Below, piece by piece: positions 1 through 9,617 of a stretch of DNA of 64,000 nt. A program made the position numbers and the translations under genes. The notes beneath the pieces were generated by a model, which saw only the letters and a program-made list of their open reading frames with translations, had not been told where the DNA came from and ran no database searches. This DNA comes from an uncultured Acidobacteriota bacterium (GTDB lineage: Bacteria > Acidobacteriota > Vicinamibacteria > Vicinamibacterales > UBA2999), in assembly GCA_963741665.1 (NCBI GenBank), contig CAVUIM010000004.1, forward strand, positions 957,122 to 1,021,121. Reading direction: 5' to 3'. How positions within the stretch are numbered: the first letter of the stretch is position 1; every line of letters starts with the position of its first letter.

Positions 1-1316
1 AATCGGCGTCAGCGTCCACGGCTTCGTGGGGTTGGCCGGATCAGGCCGCGCCAGCACGATGGCTCCACCCGGAATGCCCATGATCAACTCGGGCCTGCCG
101 TCGCCGTCGACGTCTTTCAGGGCGGTCACTTCGACCCATACGTCGGGCGTGACCTCGAAGCGCTCCCAGCGTCGCGGCTCGTTCCTGGGATTCACGTACA
201 ACACCCCGGGGCCCATGCCGTTGTTGCCGGTGGCGCACCACTGATCGGCCCAGCCGTCACCAGTGAAGTCGTAGGCGAAGTTGACGGCGCAAGCGCGCGG
301 ATACTGCTTGTGTACGTCGTAGCTCTCCGCGACGTAGATCTCGCGCGACGTCGTGTAGCTAGGGCCGTAGTAGACGTACGGGCCGCTCACGACGTCGTTC
401 ACCCCGTCGTGGTTGACATCGGCGACGCCGGCCGACCAGGTCACGTAGAACTCGCGCAGACGCTGCATCCGGAACCGGCTGGACGTTGCCTCCGTGGGAT
501 AGCTGAACCGGTTCAGATCCTTGTAGCCAAGGTCCTTGAAGCGAACCTCGCCGCTGCCGCCAACGTAGAGCGCGATCGGACCGAAGCCGCTGTAGGGGGC
601 CGCCCCCGACAGCGCCACCCCGCCTTCGTTCAGCAGCAGCTTGGGCGATTGCGCGTCCATGATGATTTCCAGCTCGTTCCACTGACCGGCGTGCAGGGAA
701 CCGGCAGGGCGAGCGCGCATCACTTCGACGAGCGTTTCTTCGATGCCGGCCGGTGCGGCCGGAGTCATCTGTCCTGGAGGTGCGCCGCCCTGGCCCGAGC
801 CTTCCGGCACGCCAGGGCGAGGCGGCATTCCAGCGCCCGCAGCCGCCTCGATCGTGTACATGTAGGTGGCCGGATCGGTGCGGCCAGTCGGTCCCGATTT
901 CAGCCGCTCCCGGCTCAATTCTTTGCCGTGCGAGTCCAGGGTCACGGTGTACGCGTTCAAGTCGCCCGCGTTCAACGACACCAGAACGCCTTTCCTCCCG
1001 CCGTCGGGCGTCTTCTCGGCCCGAAACAGCACCCCGGTCTTGCATCCGCCAGTGCAGCGAAAATTCGCGACGACGCCGATGTCCTGATACGACGTGTCGA
1101 GCACCAGCCAGCCGCCGTCGGCGGTGGTCGGCGTGCCGACGATTTCGCCGTCGAGCGCCTTCCAATCCGCCTGTCCGACCGAGTGCCAGCCGTCCAGGCT
1201 GGAGCCCGCGAACACGACGTCCGGCACGAACGTCCGGGGAGCCGCGATTGCGGCCAGGCCGAACAGCAGTACCGCTCCCGAGACCGTCGCCAGACTGGCA
1301 GGCCAGTTCTTGTGCA
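1..1316 (-). CDS. DUF1080 (LamG-like jelly-roll / 3-keto-disaccharide hydrolase-like) + FG-GAP/VCBS repeat exported protein; N-terminus at 1316, C-terminus runs off the window start
   Basis: Minus-strand frame is open from ATG at 1314-1316 (RBS GGAAGGAG upstream) to the window edge. The translation MHKNWPASLATVSG... contains a DUF1080-like block (GSSLDGWH ... GGWLVLD ... GVLFRAEKT) followed by DVNHDGVNDVV / DFTGDGWAD / DVDGDGRPE FG-GAP-like repeats. Listed ORFs 310..1464(+) and 359..1441(-) are out-of-frame shadows. Confidence 0.55.
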
Positions 1317-1439
1317 TTTCGCTTCTCCTTCCAAGACCACCGGCCGCAGAGTATATCGATTATCGATGGCCATGTGGTGTTCTGCGAAGGCATGCCAGAA
1401 TCAGTGCGCGCGGACATCTCGCGCAAGGGAAGAAGTGCC

Positions 1440-1970
1440 ATGGCGAGGCTCGTGTTCGGAATGAACCAGTCCCTGGACGGCTACGTCGATCACATGGCGT
1501 TCGCGCCAAGCCCCACGCTGTTCCGCCACTTCATCGAAGAGGCGCAGCGGCAGGCCGGCAGTATCTACGGTCGCCACATGTACGAGGTGATGCGCTACTG
1601 GGACGACGACCAGCCTGAATGGGGTGCCGCGGAACAGGCCTTCGCAGCGGCGTGGCGGAAGCAGCCGAAATGGGTCGTCTCGCGCTCGCTGACGTCGGTC
1701 GGGCCGAACGCCAGGCTGGTTGGGGCGGATCTCGAAGGCGCGATCCGCGCGTTGAAGGCCGAGCGCGACGGGGAGATCGAAGTGGCTGGCCCCGACCTGG
1801 CGAACAGCCTCACTGCACTTGGCCTGATCGACGAATATCGAATCTACCTGCACCCCGTCGTGCTCGGGCACGGCAAGCCCTATTTCGCCGGGCCCCGGCC
1901 GCGGCTCCGCCTGACGGCATACGATCGGATTGCCGACGAGGTGATCAGGCTGGTCTACGTACCTGCGTGA
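1440..1970 (+). CDS. dihydrofolate reductase family protein (RibD C-terminal domain-like)
   Basis: ATG at 1440 gives MARLVFGMNQSLDGYVDHMAF...YLHPVVLGHGKPYF, typical of the RibD_C/DHFR-like family. It forms the C-terminal part of listed ORF 753..1970. Confidence 0.7.
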   Translation: MARLVFGMNQSLDGYVDHMAFAPSPTLFRHFIEEAQRQAGSIYGRHMYEVMRYWDDDQPEWGAAEQAFAAAWRKQPKWVVSRSLTSVGPNARLVGADLEGAIRALKAERDGEIEVAGPDLANSLTALGLIDEYRIYLHPVVLGHGKPYFAGPRPRLRLTAYDRIADEVIRLVYVPA

Positions 1971-2006
1971 TCTCGTGACCCGCCGGGATGAAGCCGTCGG
2001 CGGACC

Positions 2007-2990
2007 TCAGGTTCTGAACGGCACGCCCTGCTTCTGCAGGTACGCCTTGGCGATGGTGGCCGTCTCCAGTGCCGACATCGGCATGTTCCGGCCGCCGTCC
2101 AGTTCGACCATGATCATCCCGTCCATCGTCCGGCCTTCGAGCATGGTGAGGATGGCCGCAAGATCGACTTTCCCCTGGCCGAGCGGGCAATACCCCGCGA
2201 AGGCCTCGCCGCCGACCCAGTCCTTCAAATGGACGTGATGAACGGCCGGGAGGAAATCCTTGACCACCTGCACGGGATCCGAGCCGCCCTTCTGAAGCTG
2301 ACCGATGTCGGGGCCGAACTTCAGATACCTGGTATCCACGGCCTCCATCACGGCGTAGGTTTCGTCGCGGGTCTCGATGCAGGTGCCGGTGTGCTGATGC
2401 AGCACCGCGGTCAATCCGAGGTCCGCAATGGCCTTCGCGCCCTCGTTCAGGCTGGACACGATGCCGGCCTTGTGGTCGGCGAAGACGAACGTCGTGCGAT
2501 CCACACCGTTCGGTCCGAAGACGATGATCTTCCCGCCATGCTTCTTCACCACCTTGGCCGACTCGATCAGACGCTCGAGCGATGGCTTCCGCTGCGCGGG
2601 ATCGGTGAGGTTCGGCCCACCGTAGCTGGCGATCAGCGGCAGGCGGTACTTCTCGATCAACCGGGTCAGGCCGCCATGCGCCTCCATGCCCTCGATCTGC
2701 CGGTCGAACAGCTCGACGCCGTGGAAGCCAAGACCTGACAGGTCGATGAAGATCTGCTCGATCGCCTTGGGGTCGACGGATGGCGGACCCGGTGGCGGGG
2801 CTACCAGCCCCGGATCGCCGGCCGGTACCTGAGCGCGGGCGCCGCCGGCACCAGCCGGGTTCCCGCGCGGCCAGGTAATCCCCGTGTGCCCGATGCGCAG
2901 ATTCTTCCGACCCTGGGCCCACGCGGGCACGGCCGACGCGGCAAGGGCCAGCGTCACCGAACGCGAGAAGGTGCGACGGTCCGTCTTCAT
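2007..2990 (-). CDS. sugar phosphate isomerase/epimerase (xylose-isomerase-like TIM barrel), Tat-signal
   Basis: 327-aa ORF with an N-terminal RRTFSRSVTLALAASAVPAWA Tat-like signal and a TIM-barrel isomerase-like body (GFHGVELF...). Confidence 0.7.
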   Translation of the reverse strand: MKTDRRTFSRSVTLALAASAVPAWAQGRKNLRIGHTGITWPRGNPAGAGGARAQVPAGDPGLVAPPPGPPSVDPKAIEQIFIDLSGLGFHGVELFDRQIEGMEAHGGLTRLIEKYRLPLIASYGGPNLTDPAQRKPSLERLIESAKVVKKHGGKIIVFGPNGVDRTTFVFADHKAGIVSSLNEGAKAIADLGLTAVLHQHTGTCIETRDETYAVMEAVDTRYLKFGPDIGQLQKGGSDPVQVVKDFLPAVHHVHLKDWVGGEAFAGYCPLGQGKVDLAAILTMLEGRTMDGMIMVELDGGRNMPMSALETATIAKAYLQKQGVPFRT

Positions 2991-3112
2991 CGAGTCTCTC
3001 CTTGATCGGTCGGAGTCTACCTCACGGGGTCACGCCGTGGTCGCCCCGCCGGCGCGTCGCCTCGAGCTGGATCTCACAGCCGACGCCTCGCCTTGCATGC
3101 GCCAACCGGGAT

Positions 3113-3136
3113 GTTTATACTGAGCCACATGGTTCA
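3113..3136 (+). promoter_or_regulatory. candidate ArsR operator: inverted repeat ATACTGA-N10-TCAGTAT overlapping the ArsR start
   Basis: Perfect 7-bp inverted repeat spanning the ATG at 3129. ArsR/SmtB regulators typically autoregulate via palindromes at their own promoter. Confidence 0.35.
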
Positions 3137-3494
3137 GTATTCGGGGACCCGCTTCGATGCCTCGTTTGCCGCGCTCTCGGACGCCACACGACGCGGTGTC
3201 CTGGAGCAGCTCGGGCGTGCCGACGCTTCGATCACGGACCTTGCCGACAAGTTCCACATGACCCTGACGGGCATGAAGAAGCACGTCGGCGTCTTGGAGC
3301 AGGCGGGGCTCGTCACCACGGCGAAGGTCGGGCGCGTGCGGACATGCAGGCTCGGCCTGCGCAGACTGGATGACGAGGCGGCCTGGATCGAGAGGCACCG
3401 CCAGCGCTGGGCTGCACGGTTCGACGAGCTGGACGAAGTCGTCGAGGAACTGACACGGAAGGAGAAGGTTGATGGACGCAAGAAGAGAGAGTGA
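3129..3494 (+). CDS. ArsR/SmtB family transcriptional regulator
   Basis: Translation MVQYSGTRFDASFAALSDATRRGVLEQLGRADASITDLADKFHMTLTGMKKHVGVLEQAGLV is a winged-HTH ArsR signature. An alternative upstream start exists at 3093. Confidence 0.8.
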   Translation: MVQYSGTRFDASFAALSDATRRGVLEQLGRADASITDLADKFHMTLTGMKKHVGVLEQAGLVTTAKVGRVRTCRLGLRRLDDEAAWIERHRQRWAARFDELDEVVEELTRKEKVDGRKKRE

Positions 3495-3981
3495 GCCCAC
3501 GCCCATGAAGAACCGCACGACGGTGGAGCGGACGTCCGAGCGCGAGCTGGTCGTGACCCGAACCTTCAACGGCCCGGCCCGCATCGTGTTCGCGGCGTGG
3601 ACCACGCCCGAGCTGTTCAGGCGGTGGTGGCTGCCGAAGTCGCTGGGCATGTCGCTGCGTTCCTGCGAGATGGATGTTCGGGTCGGGGGCCAGTACCGTC
3701 TCGAGTTCGAACCCGATGGCATGGCGTTCTTCGGCACGTACCTCGAAGTGACACCGCACTCGCGCCTCGTGTGGACCAACGAGGAAGGTGGTGAGGGTGG
3801 GACTGTCACTACGGTGACACTCGAGGAACAGCGTGGCAAGACGCTGCTGGTCATGCACGAGCTCTATTCCTCGAAGGACGCCCTCGACGCGGCCGGCACC
3901 GGGGCGGCGGATGCGACGGTCGAGACGTTCGCGCAACTGGACGAGCTTCTCCTCACCCTGGGCGCGAGCGTGGGGGACTGA
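3469..3981 (+). CDS. SRPBCC superfamily protein (AHSA1 / activator of Hsp90 ATPase homolog-like)
   Basis: Motif RIVFAAWTTPELFRRWW...GGQYRLEF is typical of the AHSA1/SRPBCC family. The start overlaps the ArsR stop (an alternative ATG lies at 3505). The same ArsR-SRPBCC pairing recurs at 61915-62702. Confidence 0.7.
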   Translation: MMDARRESEPTPMKNRTTVERTSERELVVTRTFNGPARIVFAAWTTPELFRRWWLPKSLGMSLRSCEMDVRVGGQYRLEFEPDGMAFFGTYLEVTPHSRLVWTNEEGGEGGTVTTVTLEEQRGKTLLVMHELYSSKDALDAAGTGAADATVETFAQLDELLLTLGASVGD

Positions 3982-3998
3982 CGTCCCCCCGTCCGTCC

Positions 3999-4024
3999 CC
4001 CCGACGCGCCGGAGCGACAGCGCG
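3999..4024. terminator. GC-rich hairpin between convergent SRPBCC gene and cspA (candidate bidirectional terminator)
   Basis: CGACGCGC-N10-GCGCGTCG 8-bp stem in the 52-nt gap between two convergent gene ends. Confidence 0.35.
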
Positions 4025-4032
4025 TCGAACGT

Positions 4033-4239
4033 CTAGGTCGACGTGCGCCTGACGCTTTCAGCTCGCGGCCCCTTGGGACCTTCCGGGCCCAGTTCGAACT
4101 CCACGCTGTCGCCCTCGCGCAACATCTCGATACCCTCGCCGTAGATGGCGCTCTGATGAAAGAAATACTGCGAACCGTCCGAACCCTTGATGAAACCGAA
4201 GCCTTTGTCCGCCCGCAACGTCTTGATCACACCTTCCAT
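4033..4239 (-). CDS. cspA: cold-shock protein, CspA family
   Basis: MEGVIKTLRADKGFGFIKGSDGSQYFFHQSAI... carries the RNP-1-like KGFGFI motif in a 68-aa protein. Confidence 0.9.
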   Translation of the reverse strand: MEGVIKTLRADKGFGFIKGSDGSQYFFHQSAIYGEGIEMLREGDSVEFELGPEGPKGPRAESVRRTST

Positions 4240-4342
4240 GCAGTCCCCTCCTTGTTTGGAACCAGTATGCCGTCTGGATTTCGGTCCTGCTTGTTCCGAG
4301 GCGGAGCCGAAGAAGCGCTCGACGCCGAGAACGGACCGTGAG

Positions 4343-4417
4343 TGGCTCCTCGGGCTGGATTCGAACCAGCAACCCTCCGGTTAACAGCCGGATGCTCTGC
4401 CGTTGAGCTACCGAGGA
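4343..4417 (-). tRNA. tRNA-Asn (anticodon GTT), CCA encoded
   Basis: Minus-strand cloverleaf: acceptor UCCUCGG/CCGAGGA, D-stem GCUC/GAGC, anticodon stem UCCGG/CCGGA with loop CUGUUAA (GUU), T-arm GCUGG-UUCGAAU-CCAGC, discriminator G, then CCA. Confidence 0.9.
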
Positions 4418-4547
4418 ACAGGCAGGAACGTCGCCACCCGCCACGAATCTGGCGGGCCGGACGAACGTTCATCGTAAACCGAAGCGCCGATGGCCTGCAA
4501 GCACGGCGCGATCGGGGACCTCGGCGCGGCAAGGCGGGTCATAGACT

Positions 4548-5216
<669 letters not shown>

Positions 5217-5231
<15 letters not shown>

Positions 5232-5377
5232 AGTGGTGGCGCAGCACCGAGGGCGGCGATGCGCCCGGCTCGCAAGGCGCGACGACCGAGGATATGGACA
5301 ATATCCGAGGGAGGAGCAACGCCGCGAGCCGGGATGCAGCGCTGACCGAATGCCGGCACCACTTCAACCATGGGCTG
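5217..5377 (+). ncRNA. candidate structured RNA element, copy A: 77-nt conserved core closed by a perfect 21-bp helix
   Basis: The core at 5261-5337 is about 88% identical to 18344-18420. It contains a GGATAT-N5-ATATCC hairpin followed by GAGGGAGGA. It is flanked by perfect inverted repeat CAGCCCATGGTTGAAGTGGTG (5217-5238) / CACCACTTCAACCATGGGCTG (5357-5377). The element sits between the ABC ATPase stop and the permease start. Confidence 0.35.
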
Positions 5378-5390
5378 CTGAAGCCGCCGC

Positions 5391-8051
5391 ATGATCCGGC
5401 TGTTCCGCCAGTTCGTCGGGCGGCGCCTGCTCGGCGAACGTGCCCGCACGCTCACCACGGTCATCGGCATCGCGGTTGGCATCGCCATGGTCATCGCCAT
5501 CCAACTCACCAACGCCAGCTCGGTGCGCGGGTTCGAGACCGCGCTCGAGACGGTGTCGGGACGGGCCTCGGTGGAGATCTCCGCTCCCGGCGGCGTGGAC
5601 GAGACGCTCCTCGCCGGACTCGGCTGGCTGCGCGAGTTCGGCGCCGTGTCGCCGGTGATCGAAGGCGAGATGGCGCTCGTCACCGGCGACCGGCCGACCG
5701 TCTACCGGCCGCGGCGCACCGAAGCGGTGAAGGTGCTCGGCGTGGACATCCTGCGCGACCGCACGGTACGAGACTACGCCGTGGCGGCGTATGCGGGCGG
5801 GGCTGGCGACCGCAATGACGCAGCGGCGGAAGGGGCCGAGCTGACGTCGCAGCAGTTCCTGACGCTGCTCACCAGCCCGCAGAGCGTCGTCATCACCGAG
5901 AAGCTGGCTCGCCGACGTGGCTACGCCCTGGGCGACGAGATCCGGCTGATGACCGGCGACCGCATCGGCACCTACGTGATTCGCGCGCTGCTGAAGGACT
6001 CCGGACCGGCCCGGGTGATGGACGGCAGCTTCGTGCTGATGGACATCGCCGCGGCGCAGCTGGCGTTCGCGCGGCTGGGCCGCATCGACCGGGTAGACGT
6101 GCAGATCGTGCGCGAGCCCACTGACCTCGATGCGTCGCGGACGCCGACCAGCGCCGACATCGACCAGGCCGTTGACGCCATCGCGGCCCGGCTGCCCGAT
6201 GGGCTCACCGCCGGCCGGCCGTCCCGCCGTGGCCAGCAGGTGGAGCGGATGCTGGCCGCCTTTCACCTCAACCTGTCGGCGCTGTCCTGGGTCGCGCTGG
6301 TCGTCGGCCTGTTCCTGGTCTACAACACCGCGACCATGAACGTCCTCGCCCGTCGCGAGGAAGTCGGCATGCTGCGCGCGCTCGGCGTCACGCGGCGCCA
6401 GGTGCTCGGCCTGTTCCTCGGCGAAGCGGCGCTGCTCGGCGTCGTCGGCACCGCGATCGGCGTCGGGCTCGGCCGGCTGCTCGCCGACTGGGCGGTCGGC
6501 ATCACCGGCGCCACCGTGAGCACGCTCTACATCGCCACGGCCGCCGCGCCGCCGGCACTCACGCTGAGCCATCTGGCCCTGGCTGTCGCCATCGGCCTGC
6601 CGCTGTCGCTGCTGGCCGCGGCGCTGCCGGCCATCGAGGCGTCGCGGGTGCCGCCCACCGCTGCCATCCGCGGCAGCGACCGGCTCGAATCCCGCGTCAG
6701 GCTCGGCCTGCGGACGTTCCTGGCGCCGATCGCCGTCCTGGCCGGCGCCTTCGGACTTGCGCAACTGGGGCCGATAGACGGCCGTCCGCTCTTCGGCTAC
6801 GCGTCGGCGTTTGCGACCATCATCGGCACGGCGCTGCTGGTGCCGGTGCTGCTCTTCGGGCTGGCGCGCGTGGTCCGCCAGCCGCTGCGCCGGTTGCTCG
6901 GCGCGGAAGGCCTGCTGGCCCATGCGCACCTCGCCGCGGCGATTCCGCGGCTGTCGATCTCGGTGGCGGCGCTGTCGGTGAGCCTGGCGATGATGGTGGC
7001 AGTGGCGGTGATGATCGGCAGCTTCCGCGACACCGTCGTCTACTGGGTGGGCCAGACGCTGCAGGCCGACCTTTTCATCGGCCCGGGCGTGCAGCCCACG
7101 GTCGGCTCGTCGCAGACGCTCTCCCCCGAGGTGATCGACGCGGTCCGCCGGCATCCCGACGTGGCGGCGGTGGACACGTTCCGCAATCTCGACCTCGTCT
7201 ATCAGGGCAACCTGGTCGTGCTCGGCGCCGGCCAGTTCGACGTGGTGCTGTCGCACGGCGCGCTGCTCTTCAAGGTCCCGGCCGATGGCCGCGCGGCGCT
7301 GCGGCGGGCGCTCGGCAGCGACGGCGTCGTCGTCTCCGAAGCGTTCGCCAACCGCTACGGCACGGCGCCGGGGGACACGCTGCAACTGACCACGGCGGCC
7401 GGCGAGCGGCCGTTCCGCGTCGAAGGCGTCTACTACGATTACGCCATGGACCGTGGCGTCATCGCCATGGACCGCGGCACCTTCGTGAAGCACTTCGGCG
7501 ACCTGCCGCCGACCAGCGTCGCCGCCTACCTGCGCGATGGCGCGTCGCCGGACACGGTGCGCCAGCAGATCCTCGACCGCCTCGACGACGGCCGCCGCGC
7601 CTTCATCTACACCAACCGCGCCCTGCGCACCGAGGTGCTGCGCATCTTCGACAGCACGTTCGCCATCACCTACGCGCTCGAACTCATCGCCATCGTGGTG
7701 GCGATGCTCGGCGTGGCGGCCACGCTGCTGACGCTGGTGCTGGAGCGCCGCCGCGAGCTGGGGATGCTGCGGCTGATCGGCGCCGGCCGCCGCCAGGTGC
7801 AGCGGATGATCGTGGTCGAAGCCTCGCTCATCGGCACCGCCAGCATGGCCATCGGCCTGGTCGTCGGCCTGCTGCTGTCACTGATCCTGGTGTTCGTCAT
7901 CAACGTGCAGAGCTTCGGCTGGACGATTCAGTTCCGCGTGCCGTGGACGTTCCTGGCCCAGGTGTCGCTGGTGGTGATCGCCGCCACGGCGCTGGCTGGA
8001 TTCCTGCCGGCGCGGCGGGCGACGCGGCTGGTGGTGGAACATGAGGAATAA
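5391..8051 (+). CDS. ABC transporter permease, FtsX/MacB-like with duplicated FtsX domains (886 aa)
   Basis: Long ORF with two blocks of 4 TM helices separated by large periplasmic domains. It lies directly downstream of the ABC ATPase. Confidence 0.85.
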   Translation: MIRLFRQFVGRRLLGERARTLTTVIGIAVGIAMVIAIQLTNASSVRGFETALETVSGRASVEISAPGGVDETLLAGLGWLREFGAVSPVIEGEMALVTGDRPTVYRPRRTEAVKVLGVDILRDRTVRDYAVAAYAGGAGDRNDAAAEGAELTSQQFLTLLTSPQSVVITEKLARRRGYALGDEIRLMTGDRIGTYVIRALLKDSGPARVMDGSFVLMDIAAAQLAFARLGRIDRVDVQIVREPTDLDASRTPTSADIDQAVDAIAARLPDGLTAGRPSRRGQQVERMLAAFHLNLSALSWVALVVGLFLVYNTATMNVLARREEVGMLRALGVTRRQVLGLFLGEAALLGVVGTAIGVGLGRLLADWAVGITGATVSTLYIATAAAPPALTLSHLALAVAIGLPLSLLAAALPAIEASRVPPTAAIRGSDRLESRVRLGLRTFLAPIAVLAGAFGLAQLGPIDGRPLFGYASAFATIIGTALLVPVLLFGLARVVRQPLRRLLGAEGLLAHAHLAAAIPRLSISVAALSVSLAMMVAVAVMIGSFRDTVVYWVGQTLQADLFIGPGVQPTVGSSQTLSPEVIDAVRRHPDVAAVDTFRNLDLVYQGNLVVLGAGQFDVVLSHGALLFKVPADGRAALRRALGSDGVVVSEAFANRYGTAPGDTLQLTTAAGERPFRVEGVYYDYAMDRGVIAMDRGTFVKHFGDLPPTSVAAYLRDGASPDTVRQQILDRLDDGRRAFIYTNRALRTEVLRIFDSTFAITYALELIAIVVAMLGVAATLLTLVLERRRELGMLRLIGAGRRQVQRMIVVEASLIGTASMAIGLVVGLLLSLILVFVINVQSFGWTIQFRVPWTFLAQVSLVVIAATALAGFLPARRATRLVVEHEE

Positions 8052-9201
8052 CGCAGGGATCGGGGACCGGGGACCAGGGACCAGGGGCGTCCGCGCCCTG
8101 CGGGCGCTCGCCGTCACGATACTGCTCGCCGCACTCACGCCCCTGCTCGCACAGACGCCGTGGCGCGAGGCGGCGCCGGGTTACACGTTCGCGTTTCCGC
8201 GCGACCATGCCAGCCACCCCGAGTTCAAGATCGAGTGGTGGTATTACACCGGCAACGTCGCCACAGCGACCGGCCGGCGCTTCGGCTACCAGCTCACGTT
8301 CTTTCGGGTCGGCGTCGATCAGACGCCGGTGAATCCGTCGCGGTGGGCGATTCGCGACATCCACATGGCGCACCTGGCGGTGTCGGATCCGCAGGGGCGG
8401 CGCTATCGCTTCGACGAGCGGCTCAGCCGCAGCGGCCCGGGGCTGTCGGGCGCGGCCCCTGATCGCTACGCCGTGTGGAACGACGACTGGCGGGCCGGCC
8501 TGAACGAGCAGGGGCAGCACGCGCTGATCGCGGACAGCTCCAAGGCGTCACTCTCGCTCGTGCTCGATCCCGGGAAGGCGCCGGCGGTGAACGGCGTCAA
8601 CGGCATCAGCCAGAAGGGCGCGCGTCAGGGCAACGCCTCGCACTACTACTCGATGACCCGCATGCCCACGCGTGGCACCCTGGTCGTCGACGGCGAGCGC
8701 TTCGAGGTCACCGGCGACAGCTGGATGGACCACGAGTTCGGCACCAGCTTCCTTGAACCCGAACAGCAGGGCTGGGACTGGCTGTCGATGCAGCTCGACG
8801 ACAACCGTGAGTTGATGCTCTACCAGTTGCGACGATCCGACGGCACCCGCGATCCGCGGTCGAGCGGCACGATCGTCGACGCGCAGGGGCGCGCGACGCA
8901 TCTCACGGCCACCGACTTCACGATGACGGCAGCCGGCCGCACTTACGCCGCGCCGTCCGGCGCGCGCTATCCGATCGGATGGACGGTGGCGATCCCGTCG
9001 CAGCAGATTGCGCTCGAGACGTCGACGCCGCTCGACTCGCAGGAGCTGGCCACGCTCGGCGCGGCCGTCGCCTACTGGGAAGGGATGATCGACGTCCGCG
9101 GCACCGCCCGCGGACAGCCCGTCGGCGGGCGCGGCTATCTGGAGATGACCGGCTACAAGGGCAGCCTGGGCCGGGTGATGAGCCTGACCCCGGGCCGCTA
9201 G
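8041..9201 (+). CDS. lipocalin-like / CrtC (hydroxyneurosporene synthase) domain protein, AttH-like
   Basis: YTFAFPRDHASHPEFKIEWWYYTGNVATATGRRFGYQLTFFRVG matches the AttH/CrtC N-terminal signature. Its start overlaps the permease stop, giving an AttEFGH-like operon organisation. Confidence 0.75.
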   Translation: MRNNAGIGDRGPGTRGVRALRALAVTILLAALTPLLAQTPWREAAPGYTFAFPRDHASHPEFKIEWWYYTGNVATATGRRFGYQLTFFRVGVDQTPVNPSRWAIRDIHMAHLAVSDPQGRRYRFDERLSRSGPGLSGAAPDRYAVWNDDWRAGLNEQGQHALIADSSKASLSLVLDPGKAPAVNGVNGISQKGARQGNASHYYSMTRMPTRGTLVVDGERFEVTGDSWMDHEFGTSFLEPEQQGWDWLSMQLDDNRELMLYQLRRSDGTRDPRSSGTIVDAQGRATHLTATDFTMTAAGRTYAAPSGARYPIGWTVAIPSQQIALETSTPLDSQELATLGAAVAYWEGMIDVRGTARGQPVGGRGYLEMTGYKGSLGRVMSLTPGR

Positions 9202-9282
9202 ACGTCTTGAACGGCCAGAATCCTTGCCTCTGGGCCAAGTTGCGAGCCGTTCAAGACGTCTACGCCCGCCCGAAGGGCGGGC
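9201..9282 (+). terminator. compound hairpin: 15-bp perfect inverted repeat GACGTCTTGAACGGC ... GCCGTTCAAGACGTC followed by GCCCGCC-CGAAG-GGCGGGC stem-loop
   Basis: The IR runs 9201-9215 / 9246-9260 and starts at the AttH stop codon. The second hairpin is at 9264-9282. No U-tract follows. Confidence 0.35.
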
Positions 9283-9354
9283 CAAACAACACTGAACTAG
9301 CGAGGCGCAGCCTTCCCTCCATGCTCGTCGGTCTGAGGCGGAGGCTCGCTAGAA

Positions 9355-9617
9355 TGAGGACGATGACCGCCGACGACCTGCGGGCGTTCGCCAACCGCGA
9401 CTGGGCGGCGGTCGAACGCCACAAGCGCGACTACTGGGCGGAACGCTTCCAGCACTCCGGTGCGGAAGCGGCGCGCACCGTCGCCAACGCGCTGCTGGAG
9501 CACGCGCGCCGCCTCGGCGTGACGGCGTCTCTCGAACAGCGGGACGACGACCTGGCTGGTCACGTCCTCGTGCGCGACCGATTGGATCGCGCCGCCCGTG
9601 CGTTCACCCGTCGCTGA
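9355..9617 (+). CDS. small hypothetical protein (about 87 aa)
   Basis: ATG at 9355 gives MRTMTADDLRAFANRDWAAVERHKRDYWAERFQH... A TAGAAT -10-like hexamer lies just upstream. It overlaps the next gene by 20 nt. Confidence 0.3.

Noticed and set aside
310-1464. Long ORFs 310..1464(+) and 359..1441(-) at the window start
   Set aside because: Arginine/alanine-rich translations typical of out-of-frame reading in high-GC DNA. The coherent protein (DUF1080 + FG-GAP) is the minus-strand frame that runs off the window edge from 1316.
5364-7493. 709-aa minus-strand ORF antisense to the ABC permease
   Set aside because: Low-complexity RR/GG/DD-rich shadow ORF. The plus-strand FtsX permease is a clean family match.
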